This document shows, piece by piece, positions 19,456 through 27,696 of a stretch of DNA of 64,000 nt (positions within the stretch are counted from its first letter, which is position 1; every line of letters starts with the position of its first letter). The position numbers and the translations under genes are program-made. Location of the stretch: contig CAWISW010000001.1 of NCBI GenBank assembly GCA_963838925.1, positions 160,001 through 224,000 of the forward strand. The letters are read 5' to 3'. A model generated the notes under the pieces. The model saw only the letters and a program-made list of their open reading frames with translations, was not told where the DNA came from and made no database searches. The stretch is from an uncultured Nitrososphaerota archaeon. GTDB taxonomy: Archaea; Thermoproteota; Nitrososphaeria; Nitrososphaerales; Gagatemarchaeaceae.

Positions 19456-20058
19456 GTGGCCGGCTCGAGCGCCAGATACTGCGTCCTCGACATGGACGGC
19501 ACCCTCATCTCGCTCCCAGTCGAGTGGGACAAGGTGAGGGCCGACCTGCAGAGGCTCACGGGCACCTCGCTCCAGTTCAACCCGTTCTTCCTCGACGTGC
19601 AGACCATCATCGCGAAGGCCCCGCTGCTGCTCGGCCCGATGATGAGGACTATCGACGAATACGAGTCTCGGGCGGTCCCGGAAGCAAAGCTCGAGGAGGG
19701 CGCGCTCGACGCCCTCTCCGGCCTCTCGGGGCGCATGAAGCTCTCCCTGGTCACGATGCAAGGAAGGGCTGCGTGCTACATGATACTCGAGCGGCTGAAG
19801 ATCGGGAAGTTCTTCGCCTCGGTCTTCACGCGCGAGGACTCGATGGACAGGACGGCCCAACTGAAGATGGCGCTGGGCAGCCTCGACGCGAAGGAGGCCG
19901 AGACGATATTCGTGGGAGACAGGATCAACGACCTGAACGCGGCGCGCGCGGCTGGGGTGAGGTTCGTGATGATCCGCAAGAGGCCCGACAGCCCGCCAGC
20001 GGACGAGCTCTACAGGAGCGTCGCCGAGTTCTCTAGGTCCCCTTGGGTAACGGGTTGA
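19456..20058 (+). CDS. HAD-family hydrolase
   Basis: Motifs DMDGTL and VGDRINDL. Confidence 0.9.
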   Translation: MAGSSARYCVLDMDGTLISLPVEWDKVRADLQRLTGTSLQFNPFFLDVQTIIAKAPLLLGPMMRTIDEYESRAVPEAKLEEGALDALSGLSGRMKLSLVTMQGRAACYMILERLKIGKFFASVFTREDSMDRTAQLKMALGSLDAKEAETIFVGDRINDLNAARAAGVRFVMIRKRPDSPPADELYRSVAEFSRSPWVTG

Positions 20059-20851
20059 GCAACTTCATGATGCGCTCTTGGATCGTGGCGTTGCAGGAGG
20101 CGACCACGTTGAACTTCTCCTCGAGCGAGACCCTCGTGTTGACCGGCTTCCCCTGCGGGTCCGACATGACCGCGCCAGCCTCCTTCGCTATTAGGTAGCC
20201 CGCCGCGAAGTCGACCACCCTCATCCTGTCGCGGATGTCGACGAAGGCGTCCAGCTTACCATCCGCGAGGAACGCTAGCTCGAGCGCGTTCGCGCCCAGG
20301 TGCGCGGGCTTCCTGACGGCTGCGATGAGGGGGACCAGCCTCTCGACTGTCGCGCGCGGCGCCTTCGACATGTCTATCCCAACGCACGACTCCTGGAGCT
20401 TCTTGGCCTTCGAGGTGTGGACGGGCGTCCCGTCCCTCTCCGCCCCGCGCCCCCTCTCCGCGTAGTACGCCTCCTCGCTGATGAGGTTGCGCACCATCCC
20501 GTGCTTTGCGTCCTCGAGGGAAGGCCCGTCGAGGACCGCAATCGACGTGCAATAGAACGGGAGCCCCCTCGCGTAGTTCCCGGAGCCGTCTATCGGGTCG
20601 ATCACCACGGTCCACGCGGCGGCGCTCGGCCCGACCACCCCCGCCTCCTCCGTGACGAACCTGACGTCGCTCACCTGGCCTCTCACTATGTCCATGATGC
20701 TCTTCTCGGCGTCGGCGTCCACCTTCATGGTGATGTCCCCTCCCGCGCCCTGGCCCTGCGCCTCTAGGCCGCTCAGCCTCCCCTTGAGGTTGTCCGAGAC
20801 GCTCTGGACCTGCTCGCCGGCCTCCTTCAGGATCGACTCCCAGTTTACCAT
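20033..20851 (-). CDS. Inositol monophosphatase / FBPase (SuhB family)
   Basis: Motifs EE, DPIDGS and DFAAG. Confidence 0.93.
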   Translation of the reverse strand: MVNWESILKEAGEQVQSVSDNLKGRLSGLEAQGQGAGGDITMKVDADAEKSIMDIVRGQVSDVRFVTEEAGVVGPSAAAWTVVIDPIDGSGNYARGLPFYCTSIAVLDGPSLEDAKHGMVRNLISEEAYYAERGRGAERDGTPVHTSKAKKLQESCVGIDMSKAPRATVERLVPLIAAVRKPAHLGANALELAFLADGKLDAFVDIRDRMRVVDFAAGYLIAKEAGAVMSDPQGKPVNTRVSLEEKFNVVASCNATIQERIMKLLNPLPKGT

Positions 20852-20991
20852 GATTCGCTATCGCAAGTCGGCGACCCGGGTGAGCATTTTACTGTTCTCC
20901 TCGGCGGACGAGTCCGTTCTCAGACCTGAGAATCGAGTGGTTGCCTAAATGCCTAAAGGAGACGGGTTTTCCTTGGGATTGTGTAAGCGGA

Positions 20992-21819
20992 ATGGCGCAG
21001 GACCCGGCCCCCGCTGCGGACGACGCCCCCGGAAAGAGCCCGATTGCGGGCCCGAAAGAGATCTTCACGGGCATAAGCAAGCCCGGCCACAGGCTGTTCC
21101 AACTTGCGTTCACAGCCGACATCCTGAACTCGCCCCTGCAAAAGCTCTGGGAAGTGCTGAGGACGCGCGACATCATCATGCTCAGCTCCACTATGTCCTC
21201 CACCGACGGAAGGCAAAGCAGGTGGAGCGTCTTCCTCGACTGCGAGGACTACGGGGTCACCATCGAAGGGCTCAGGCACATGCTCGAGGGCCTCAAGGTC
21301 TTCGGCGACCTCGAGATCGCGGGAGGAGGGTCATTCATCGTCGACGAGCTGTTCTTCCCCGTTACCGAGTCCCTAGGGGACAGGACGATGCTCATCAGCC
21401 AGGAGGCCTTGCAGAGCATGATCACCGCCATGGGCGAGCAGTTCGGCACCGGCGGGAGCCTGATCTCCTACCAAGAGGGCGTCGCCCTCGGGTCCAGATG
21501 GGTGGCGCAGCTCAAGTCGACCGTCAAGGGCGACCTGCGGGTCTTCATCACCGAAGCGGTCAAGCTCTACGGCGCGGTCGGGATAGGACGCGCCGAGTTC
21601 GTCACCGCGGACTTCGACTCCCTCCACTTTGTGCTCAGGATGCACCACAACATAGAGTGCGAAGGGAAGAAGAGCAGCAAGCCGAACAGCCAGTGGATCA
21701 GGGGGCATCTCGTCGGGGCCGCGGTCGCCACTCTCAACGTAAGGCTCGTCTGCACCGAGACCAAGTGCATGTCGATGGGCGACACCTACTGCGAGTTCGA
21801 CCTCGTAAAGCAAGAGTGA
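20992..21819 (+). CDS. ACT-like plus V4R (4-vinyl reductase) domain protein
   Basis: C-terminal EC...RG...ETKC...GD.YCEF. Confidence 0.85.
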   Translation: MAQDPAPAADDAPGKSPIAGPKEIFTGISKPGHRLFQLAFTADILNSPLQKLWEVLRTRDIIMLSSTMSSTDGRQSRWSVFLDCEDYGVTIEGLRHMLEGLKVFGDLEIAGGGSFIVDELFFPVTESLGDRTMLISQEALQSMITAMGEQFGTGGSLISYQEGVALGSRWVAQLKSTVKGDLRVFITEAVKLYGAVGIGRAEFVTADFDSLHFVLRMHHNIECEGKKSSKPNSQWIRGHLVGAAVATLNVRLVCTETKCMSMGDTYCEFDLVKQE

Positions 21820-21831
21820 GCTTCGTCGGGC

Positions 21832-22452
21832 TCAGGGAAACGCGAAGAACAGCCCTGGCTGGAATATCAGGAGGTAGGCGACGTAGAGGACAAAGCCCGC
21901 CGCGATGTAGGTGACCTGGGGGACGCCGTACTGCACCTCGACCATAGTCTTCGCGTCCTCGGGCCCGGCAGTGGCGTGCTCCTCCGCGAGCTCCCTAGAG
22001 ACGTTCACGTCGTTGGTTATCTCTCGGCGCTCGCCGTTCACGACCAGCGCCTTTGGGATCCACTTCGCCTGCGTGCGGAACTCATCGAGGGTGACTAGGT
22101 GCGACTTCCTGGCCGTACCTGTGAGGTAGAGGTAGGCTATGTGGGCGATGGCGACGACGCCCGTGCCGAGGAGGACCGGGATCGGAGCATAGGGGGTGGG
22201 GTCGGCGGCCACCAGAGCCAGCGCTATCGCGTCCGCCTGGCCTATGAAGCCGAACCACGTGAACGCGAACGCTATCACGCCAATCAGCGTGATCCTCGCG
22301 ACGAGCAAGAAGTCCATGGAGGGAAGGAAGGCCACCGCGAGGACCGCCGCAATTATCCCTGGGATCCAGTAGAAGTCTGAGACCAGCCGCTCGCGGGCGT
22401 CCTGGTAGCCGGCTAGGAGGAACGACGCCAGCATCAGCAGCTGGAAGTACAC
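21832..22452 (-). CDS. Class III signal (prepilin) peptidase, A24 family
   Basis: Aspartate motifs QDARERLVSD and GQAD; multi-TM; adjacent to the pilus locus. Confidence 0.75.
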   Translation of the reverse strand: MYFQLLMLASFLLAGYQDARERLVSDFYWIPGIIAAVLAVAFLPSMDFLLVARITLIGVIAFAFTWFGFIGQADAIALALVAADPTPYAPIPVLLGTGVVAIAHIAYLYLTGTARKSHLVTLDEFRTQAKWIPKALVVNGERREITNDVNVSRELAEEHATAGPEDAKTMVEVQYGVPQVTYIAAGFVLYVAYLLIFQPGLFFAFP

Positions 22453-22494
22453 GCCGCGCGGAGAGCCTGTTGCCGTTTTTAAGCACGGTCATCG

Positions 22495-24120
22495 TTGGTG
22501 GAGGTGGAAAGGATCTCGTCCGACGCGGTCGTTCGGGGGATGGCAGCCGTCTGCCCTCTTCCCTCGGCGGCGTCACGGCTCGAGCGGAGGATGGTCCCGA
22601 TGCTCTCCTCTGCGAGCCTCTTCATCTCCCCCCGGGTCTACTCTCGGTTCGTCGTCTCGATGATCCTCCTTCCCGTCCTGCCGGAGGCAACCGCGCTCCT
22701 TCTCCTCCCGCTCCAGCAAGCGCTCCTCATCGTGGGGTCGCTCGCCGCCTTGCAGGCCATGCCGATGGTGGTGCTGGTCTCGCGCGCAAACTCGAGGAGG
22801 AGAGCTGCGGACGCTGAGCTCCCGTTCTTCCTCATGGCCCTCTCGGTCTTCGTCCACGAAGCTAACCCCACCATCCAGGAGGGGTTCAAGCGCATCTCCG
22901 CCATCGGGCCGCGGGTCTTCCCCGCGTTCGCGAAGGAAGCCGAGATCCTCGTCAGGGACGACGCTTTCGTCCCGGGGTCCCCGATGGGCGTAGCTGAGAA
23001 GGCGTTCGCGGGACACCCGAGCGCGAGGGTAAGGGGATTCGTCCAGGGGTTCCTGAAGACGCTCTCCACCGGAAAGGAGGTCTCCGAGTTCGTCCGTCAG
23101 GAGACCGCCTTCCAGACACAGAAGCTCGAGCAGTCCTGGGCAGCTTTCAGCGTGTCCGTGGGGTCGCTGGCTGAGGTCACATTCATCCTCCTGGCACTCT
23201 TCCCGGTGGGACTCCAGATGGTCGGAGCGACGGTCTCCGGTTTCACCTCCTCCCCCCTCTTCCTCGCCTCCTTCGCGCTGTTGGTGGTGACGGCCATCGT
23301 CTTCATCGTCCTAGCTGACTCCATGCAGCCAGTGGTCTACGACCTCCCCCCGCCGGCCCTCTGGCTGGGCGTCTCGATCGGCGGATGGGTGTTGTCCACC
23401 GCGGCGTTCCAGGCAGGGCTCCTGGGCTCGCGCGAGTACATCCTCGTCCCCCTCTGCGTCTCCGCGCTCGGATTCTACGAGACGAGGAAGCACTACTCCA
23501 GGATCAGAAAGGGCGAGGAGGAGGTCGGGGCGATGCTCCACGACCTCGCGGAAGAGAGCAAGGCAGGAGTGAGCCTCCCAGAGGCTCTGTCGAAGCTCAG
23601 CGCACAGGCCGACTCGTTCCCCTCGATAGGGGACCAAGTGCTCTCGTTCTACCAAGCCACGAGGATGGGGCTCACGCCCGTGGAGGCCCAGCGCAGGGTC
23701 TCCCACCCCTCGTGGCTCGTCAGGCTCGGTTTCGGGATCCTCTCGGTCGCTTTCGAGACCGGCGCGGGATTTGAGCACCTTGAGGATCTCTCCTCCCTGT
23801 TCAGGCGCGTCGCGGACGCGCGAAAGAGCGTGACCCAGTCGATGATCCCGTTCATGCTCATCGGCGCCATAGTCCCCGTCATCTCCGTGGCGGCCATCAC
23901 ATTCCTCGCGGGGTTCGCCCAGCAGAGCGTCCCCATCGGGCTCCCCGTCTTCGCCGTCCAGACTTCCCAGGCGTCGCTGATAGTCTCGGTCTCGACCGTC
24001 TCGGTGCTCACCGGGCTCCTCCTGTCGAAGCTCCTCACGCAGACCGTGAGACACCAGCTAGCGCTCCCCATCCTCATGGCCTCGACCCTGGTCTCGCTCC
24101 TCGCCTTCGGGGTCGCGTAA
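22495..24120 (+). CDS. Type IV pilus platform protein (TadC/ArlJ, T2SSF)
   Basis: Two T2SSF-like halves (ELPFFL...; LAEESKAGVSLPEAL); multi-TM. Confidence 0.82.
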   Translation: MVEVERISSDAVVRGMAAVCPLPSAASRLERRMVPMLSSASLFISPRVYSRFVVSMILLPVLPEATALLLLPLQQALLIVGSLAALQAMPMVVLVSRANSRRRAADAELPFFLMALSVFVHEANPTIQEGFKRISAIGPRVFPAFAKEAEILVRDDAFVPGSPMGVAEKAFAGHPSARVRGFVQGFLKTLSTGKEVSEFVRQETAFQTQKLEQSWAAFSVSVGSLAEVTFILLALFPVGLQMVGATVSGFTSSPLFLASFALLVVTAIVFIVLADSMQPVVYDLPPPALWLGVSIGGWVLSTAAFQAGLLGSREYILVPLCVSALGFYETRKHYSRIRKGEEEVGAMLHDLAEESKAGVSLPEALSKLSAQADSFPSIGDQVLSFYQATRMGLTPVEAQRRVSHPSWLVRLGFGILSVAFETGAGFEHLEDLSSLFRRVADARKSVTQSMIPFMLIGAIVPVISVAAITFLAGFAQQSVPIGLPVFAVQTSQASLIVSVSTVSVLTGLLLSKLLTQTVRHQLALPILMASTLVSLLAFGVA

Positions 24121-24152
24121 GGCGCGGTGGGCGATTAAATATCGCCCGCGCC
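24121..24152 (+). promoter_or_regulatory. Pilin promoter: TATA box embedded in an inverted repeat
   Basis: GGCGCggtGGGCGAT-TAAAT-ATCGCCC-GCGCC; TATA about 21 nt before ATG 24163. Confidence 0.65.
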
Positions 24153-24162
24153 TTCAACGCCG

Positions 24163-24624
24163 ATGAAGTTCCAGCACGCAGCCAATAGGGGCAGGGCGGC
24201 GATCAGCCCGTTCCTCGCGACAGTGATCCTCGTGGTCATCACGCTCATGATCGGCGGGATACTCTACTCTTCGTTCAGGCAGCTCATAGTGGCGCAGGTG
24301 AAGAACCCGTCCGTCACGCTCCTGGACACGAACGTCTCCCCTGACGGCGAGACGATGACTCTGGACGTGAAGAACGACGGCAACGTCCCGGTCGCCCTGC
24401 AGGCGATAGACGTCAGCTACGGAGCGTCTTCTGACACGTTCAAGGAAAGCGGGACCGGCGCGAACATCACGCTGCTGTCGACTTCGTCGGGCAGCGCGAC
24501 CCTCCAGCCCGGCGACACGCTGACCGCGAAGGTCAAGACCAACTTCCAGGTTCCTGCGTTCGCGACGTTCACCGTCACGGTGGTCGGCGACCAGGTAGCG
24601 AAGGCGTTCAACATCCAGGCCTGA
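24163..24624 (+). CDS. Archaeal type IV pilin
   Basis: Class III signal RGRAA|ISPFLATVILVVIT. Confidence 0.88.
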   Translation: MKFQHAANRGRAAISPFLATVILVVITLMIGGILYSSFRQLIVAQVKNPSVTLLDTNVSPDGETMTLDVKNDGNVPVALQAIDVSYGASSDTFKESGTGANITLLSTSSGSATLQPGDTLTAKVKTNFQVPAFATFTVTVVGDQVAKAFNIQA

Positions 24625-24631
24625 GCGGCGG

Positions 24632-25270
24632 TTGAAGAGCCGCAAAGCGGTCGCCCAGTACGAGGCCACGGTGGTGCTCGTGGTGGTCTCGCTCTCGCTC
24701 GCCTCCGTGGTCTACTCCGGCCTCAGGAAAGAGTCCAGCCTCACTCCGCAGCCCGTCTTTGTGAGCGGCGAGACGCAGGTGGGAGGCAGCCCGGAGATAG
24801 TGCGGGTGGAGGTCAACGCATCCATGGTCACCGACGTCTCCTCGCTCAGCCTTGACGAGGCGAGCTCCGACGCCGGCGTAATAGGGTTCGACGGCTCTGC
24901 CTACTCCACCTCCCCAACGCTCTGCGCCGCTGGCAAGACGACGCTCTTCTCTGTCCTAGCGGAACAGTCGGGCGTCCTGCAGGTTTCGACCAACGGGCGG
25001 GCCTGGGTCGACGGTACTTGGGGAGGCTCGGTCAGCGTCTCGCCTGGATGGCAGGAGGTCATGATCCAGGGAGGGAGCTCGTGCGCGGTGACGCTCCCGG
25101 GCGGACAGACGGTCCCCGCGAACTGGACGCCGTCCTCTCCAATCGTCTCATCGATCCCGGCCATGGGCGGAACCTCGGGCACAAGCTTCGTCTTCTACGT
25201 CCCTTGCGACGGGAGCTCCCATCGTCTCCTCATCACGTCTAGCGGAGGGTTCGACGACGTCTCGATTTGA
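24632..25270 (+). CDS. Pilin-like protein
   Basis: Class III-like signal RKA|VAQYEATVVLVVV. Confidence 0.7.
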   Translation: MKSRKAVAQYEATVVLVVVSLSLASVVYSGLRKESSLTPQPVFVSGETQVGGSPEIVRVEVNASMVTDVSSLSLDEASSDAGVIGFDGSAYSTSPTLCAAGKTTLFSVLAEQSGVLQVSTNGRAWVDGTWGGSVSVSPGWQEVMIQGGSSCAVTLPGGQTVPANWTPSSPIVSSIPAMGGTSGTSFVFYVPCDGSSHRLLITSSGGFDDVSI

Positions 25271-25286
25271 GAAAAGGAGGGCGGGA

Positions 25287-25673
25287 GTGAGCGAGGTCGT
25301 CTCCTCGCTCGCGGTGCTCATGATCACCATCGCGCTCCTGGGCGGGATAGGGGCGGTCGCGCTGGGGTCGGTGAGGGGCTCCGGGAGCCTCCTTTCCTCG
25401 AGCGCCCAAGGAGCGGCGAGGGAGGACGGGCTGCTCCTGGCGCTCGTCTCGGTCCAGTCGAACTCGAGCGGCTCCTTCGCGTGGGTGTACGACTATGGGT
25501 GGGTGCAGGGGGCGCTCTCCGCCACGTACCTCAACGGCGGGCTCGTGAAGTGGTCCTCGAGCTGCGGCGGCGTGCTGCAACCCGGGAAGGTGTGCGCCGT
25601 CTCCGTCCCGCCCGGGTCGCACGGCGAGGTGAGTATGGTCTTTGGAACGAAGAGCCTGGACTACTCGGTTTAG
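25287..25673 (+). CDS. Pilin-like protein; true start probably upstream (about 25254-25257)
   Basis: In-frame upstream codons give EKRRAG|VSEVVSSLAVLMI. Confidence 0.75.
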   Translation: MSEVVSSLAVLMITIALLGGIGAVALGSVRGSGSLLSSSAQGAAREDGLLLALVSVQSNSSGSFAWVYDYGWVQGALSATYLNGGLVKWSSSCGGVLQPGKVCAVSVPPGSHGEVSMVFGTKSLDYSV

Positions 25674-25686
25674 CGGCCTCGCCAAG

Positions 25687-27216
25687 ATGGCGGGCGGGAG
25701 TGCGAGCAAGCCCCGTCTCGCCACCCCCGGCCTCCAGGCGATTCCCTTCGAGCCTCCGCACGGGGGCAGGCTCGTCGAGAACTACGTAGTGGAGTACGAG
25801 CTCCGCTCCTCCGGAGGGGCGCCCTACAGGTCGAGCTTCGCCGTCTACGTCTACGACGACCGCGGGAAAGGGCTCTATCTCGTCAAGGAACCGTACCTGA
25901 GGCCTGAGGTCGCCGGGACTGTGGCGGAGGCGATTTCCTCGCTCTCGACGTGGCTCGCGCCGTCGCCCGTCATCTCCGTCGACCCGCTCGGCTACCTCTT
26001 CGCCGAGCTGCGGAGGGCGGGATACATGGAGGGGCGCTCACCCGAGCAGCAGGAGGAGGCGAAGGCAGTGACCCACTACCTCATGCGCGAGATCCTGGGC
26101 TACTCGCTCGTCGACCCACTGCTGAGGGACCCGGAGCTCGAGGACGTCTCTTGCGAGGGGTCCGGCCGGCCGGTGAAGGTCTGGCACAAGCGCTACAACT
26201 CAAACGGGTGGCTGGAGAGCAACGTCGCCTTCCGCGAGCAGGACGAGCTCGACAGCGTGGTAGCCCGGCTCGTCCAGCGCTCCAACCGCTCCCTCTCAGT
26301 CTCCACACCGGTGGTCGACTGCGTCCTCCCCGAGGGGTACAGGCTCGCCGCGACGTGGGGGAAGGAGGTGACGTCGCTGGGGAGCTCCTTCAGCATCAGG
26401 AAGCTCCGCGCCACACCCTACACGGTCTCAGAGCTGATCCGGGCGGGGACCCTCGACTCGGGCCTCGCGGCCTACCTCTGGCTCCTCCTCGAGATGAAGG
26501 GGTTCGTGATCATCGCGGGCGTCACGGCCTCCGGAAAGACCACCCTGCTCAACGCGGTCGCGACCGTGTTGAACCCGAATTGGAAGGTGCTGTCGATCGA
26601 GGACACCCGCGAGATCACCCTCCCCCAGGGCGGGTGGAAGCCGCTTCACACGCGGTACGCCCACGGCAGCGTGGGCGGCGACGTCACCCTCTTCGACCTC
26701 GTGAAGCTCAGCCTTAGGGAGAGGCCTGACTTCGTGGTGCTTGGCGAGTCGAGGGGGGAGGAGGTGCAGGCGCTCTTCCAGACCGCGGCGACCGGGACGG
26801 GATGCCTCACAACGTTCCACGCCTCCAACCCGGAGGGCCTCACCACCAGGCTCACGCAGCCCCCGCTCTCAGTGGCGCAGAGCTCGCTTGGCCTGATTGA
26901 CGCGGTGGTGTTCATGGTGAGGGGGCAGGGAGGGCACAGGTTCGTCCAGAGCGTGGTCGAGCCCACGGGCGATGGTCCGAGCCGCACGTGGAACGCCGTC
27001 TTCACCCGAGAGGGAAGCGAGGGCGTGGAGCGCGAGGGCTCCTCGAGCCTGGGCAAGAGGGGGCAGGGCTTCGGGCACTCCGCGAAGAGAATCTCAGCGG
27101 AGCTGGACAGAAGGACTGCCTTCCTCGACGCCCTGGTTGGGAGGGGCGTGTCAGACTACGAGACTTTGGCCAAGGAGCTCAGGTCTTTCTATGCGAACTC
27201 GGCGTTGACCTTCTGA
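25687..27216 (+). CDS. Type II/IV secretion ATPase (ArlI/VirB11 family)
   Basis: Motifs GVTASGKTT, IEDTRE, RPDFVVLGESRG and TTFHA. Confidence 0.95.
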   Translation: MAGGSASKPRLATPGLQAIPFEPPHGGRLVENYVVEYELRSSGGAPYRSSFAVYVYDDRGKGLYLVKEPYLRPEVAGTVAEAISSLSTWLAPSPVISVDPLGYLFAELRRAGYMEGRSPEQQEEAKAVTHYLMREILGYSLVDPLLRDPELEDVSCEGSGRPVKVWHKRYNSNGWLESNVAFREQDELDSVVARLVQRSNRSLSVSTPVVDCVLPEGYRLAATWGKEVTSLGSSFSIRKLRATPYTVSELIRAGTLDSGLAAYLWLLLEMKGFVIIAGVTASGKTTLLNAVATVLNPNWKVLSIEDTREITLPQGGWKPLHTRYAHGSVGGDVTLFDLVKLSLRERPDFVVLGESRGEEVQALFQTAATGTGCLTTFHASNPEGLTTRLTQPPLSVAQSSLGLIDAVVFMVRGQGGHRFVQSVVEPTGDGPSRTWNAVFTREGSEGVEREGSSSLGKRGQGFGHSAKRISAELDRRTAFLDALVGRGVSDYETLAKELRSFYANSALTF

Positions 27217-27247
27217 AAGTCTTGACCTAACACGCGATTCTGTAGAG

Positions 27248-27619
27248 CTAGGCCTTGGCGCTCAGTTCCTTGAGCTGCGTCTCTACCACAGCGAGTCGCT
27301 GAGTCATGTCAAGACGCTTGTCGAGGTCGTCAATCTTCGACCCTAACCGCTTGTCGACTTCGTCGATCTTGGACTCGAGCCGCCTCTCGACTCCGTCGAT
27401 TTTCTCCCCAAGCGCTTCTATCCTCCCGGAAAGCTTCTCATCAAGACCAACAGTTTTCGCGCCAAGCCCATCCATCCGGGTCGAGAGTTTGTCGTCGAGC
27501 CCGCCTATCTTTGCGTCGAGTCCGTCGATTCTGGCGTGCACCACTTTGATCTCCCGCTTTAGCTCGCTTATCTGAGGCAAGAGCACCCTCCCCAACCAAC
27601 CAGGGACCTTCTCGGCCAT
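27248..27619 (-). CDS. Repetitive coiled-coil protein
   Basis: 7/11-residue repeats (RIDGLDAKIGGLDDKLST...); own TATA box at about 27648-27655. Confidence 0.75.
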   Translation of the reverse strand: MAEKVPGWLGRVLLPQISELKREIKVVHARIDGLDAKIGGLDDKLSTRMDGLGAKTVGLDEKLSGRIEALGEKIDGVERRLESKIDEVDKRLGSKIDDLDKRLDMTQRLAVVETQLKELSAKA

Positions 27620-27696
27620 CTCGGGTCGGTGGATTTTCGACCAGGTGATATTTAACCACCAACGAGAACCAATGCTCCGACCCTAAAACGAGTCGT

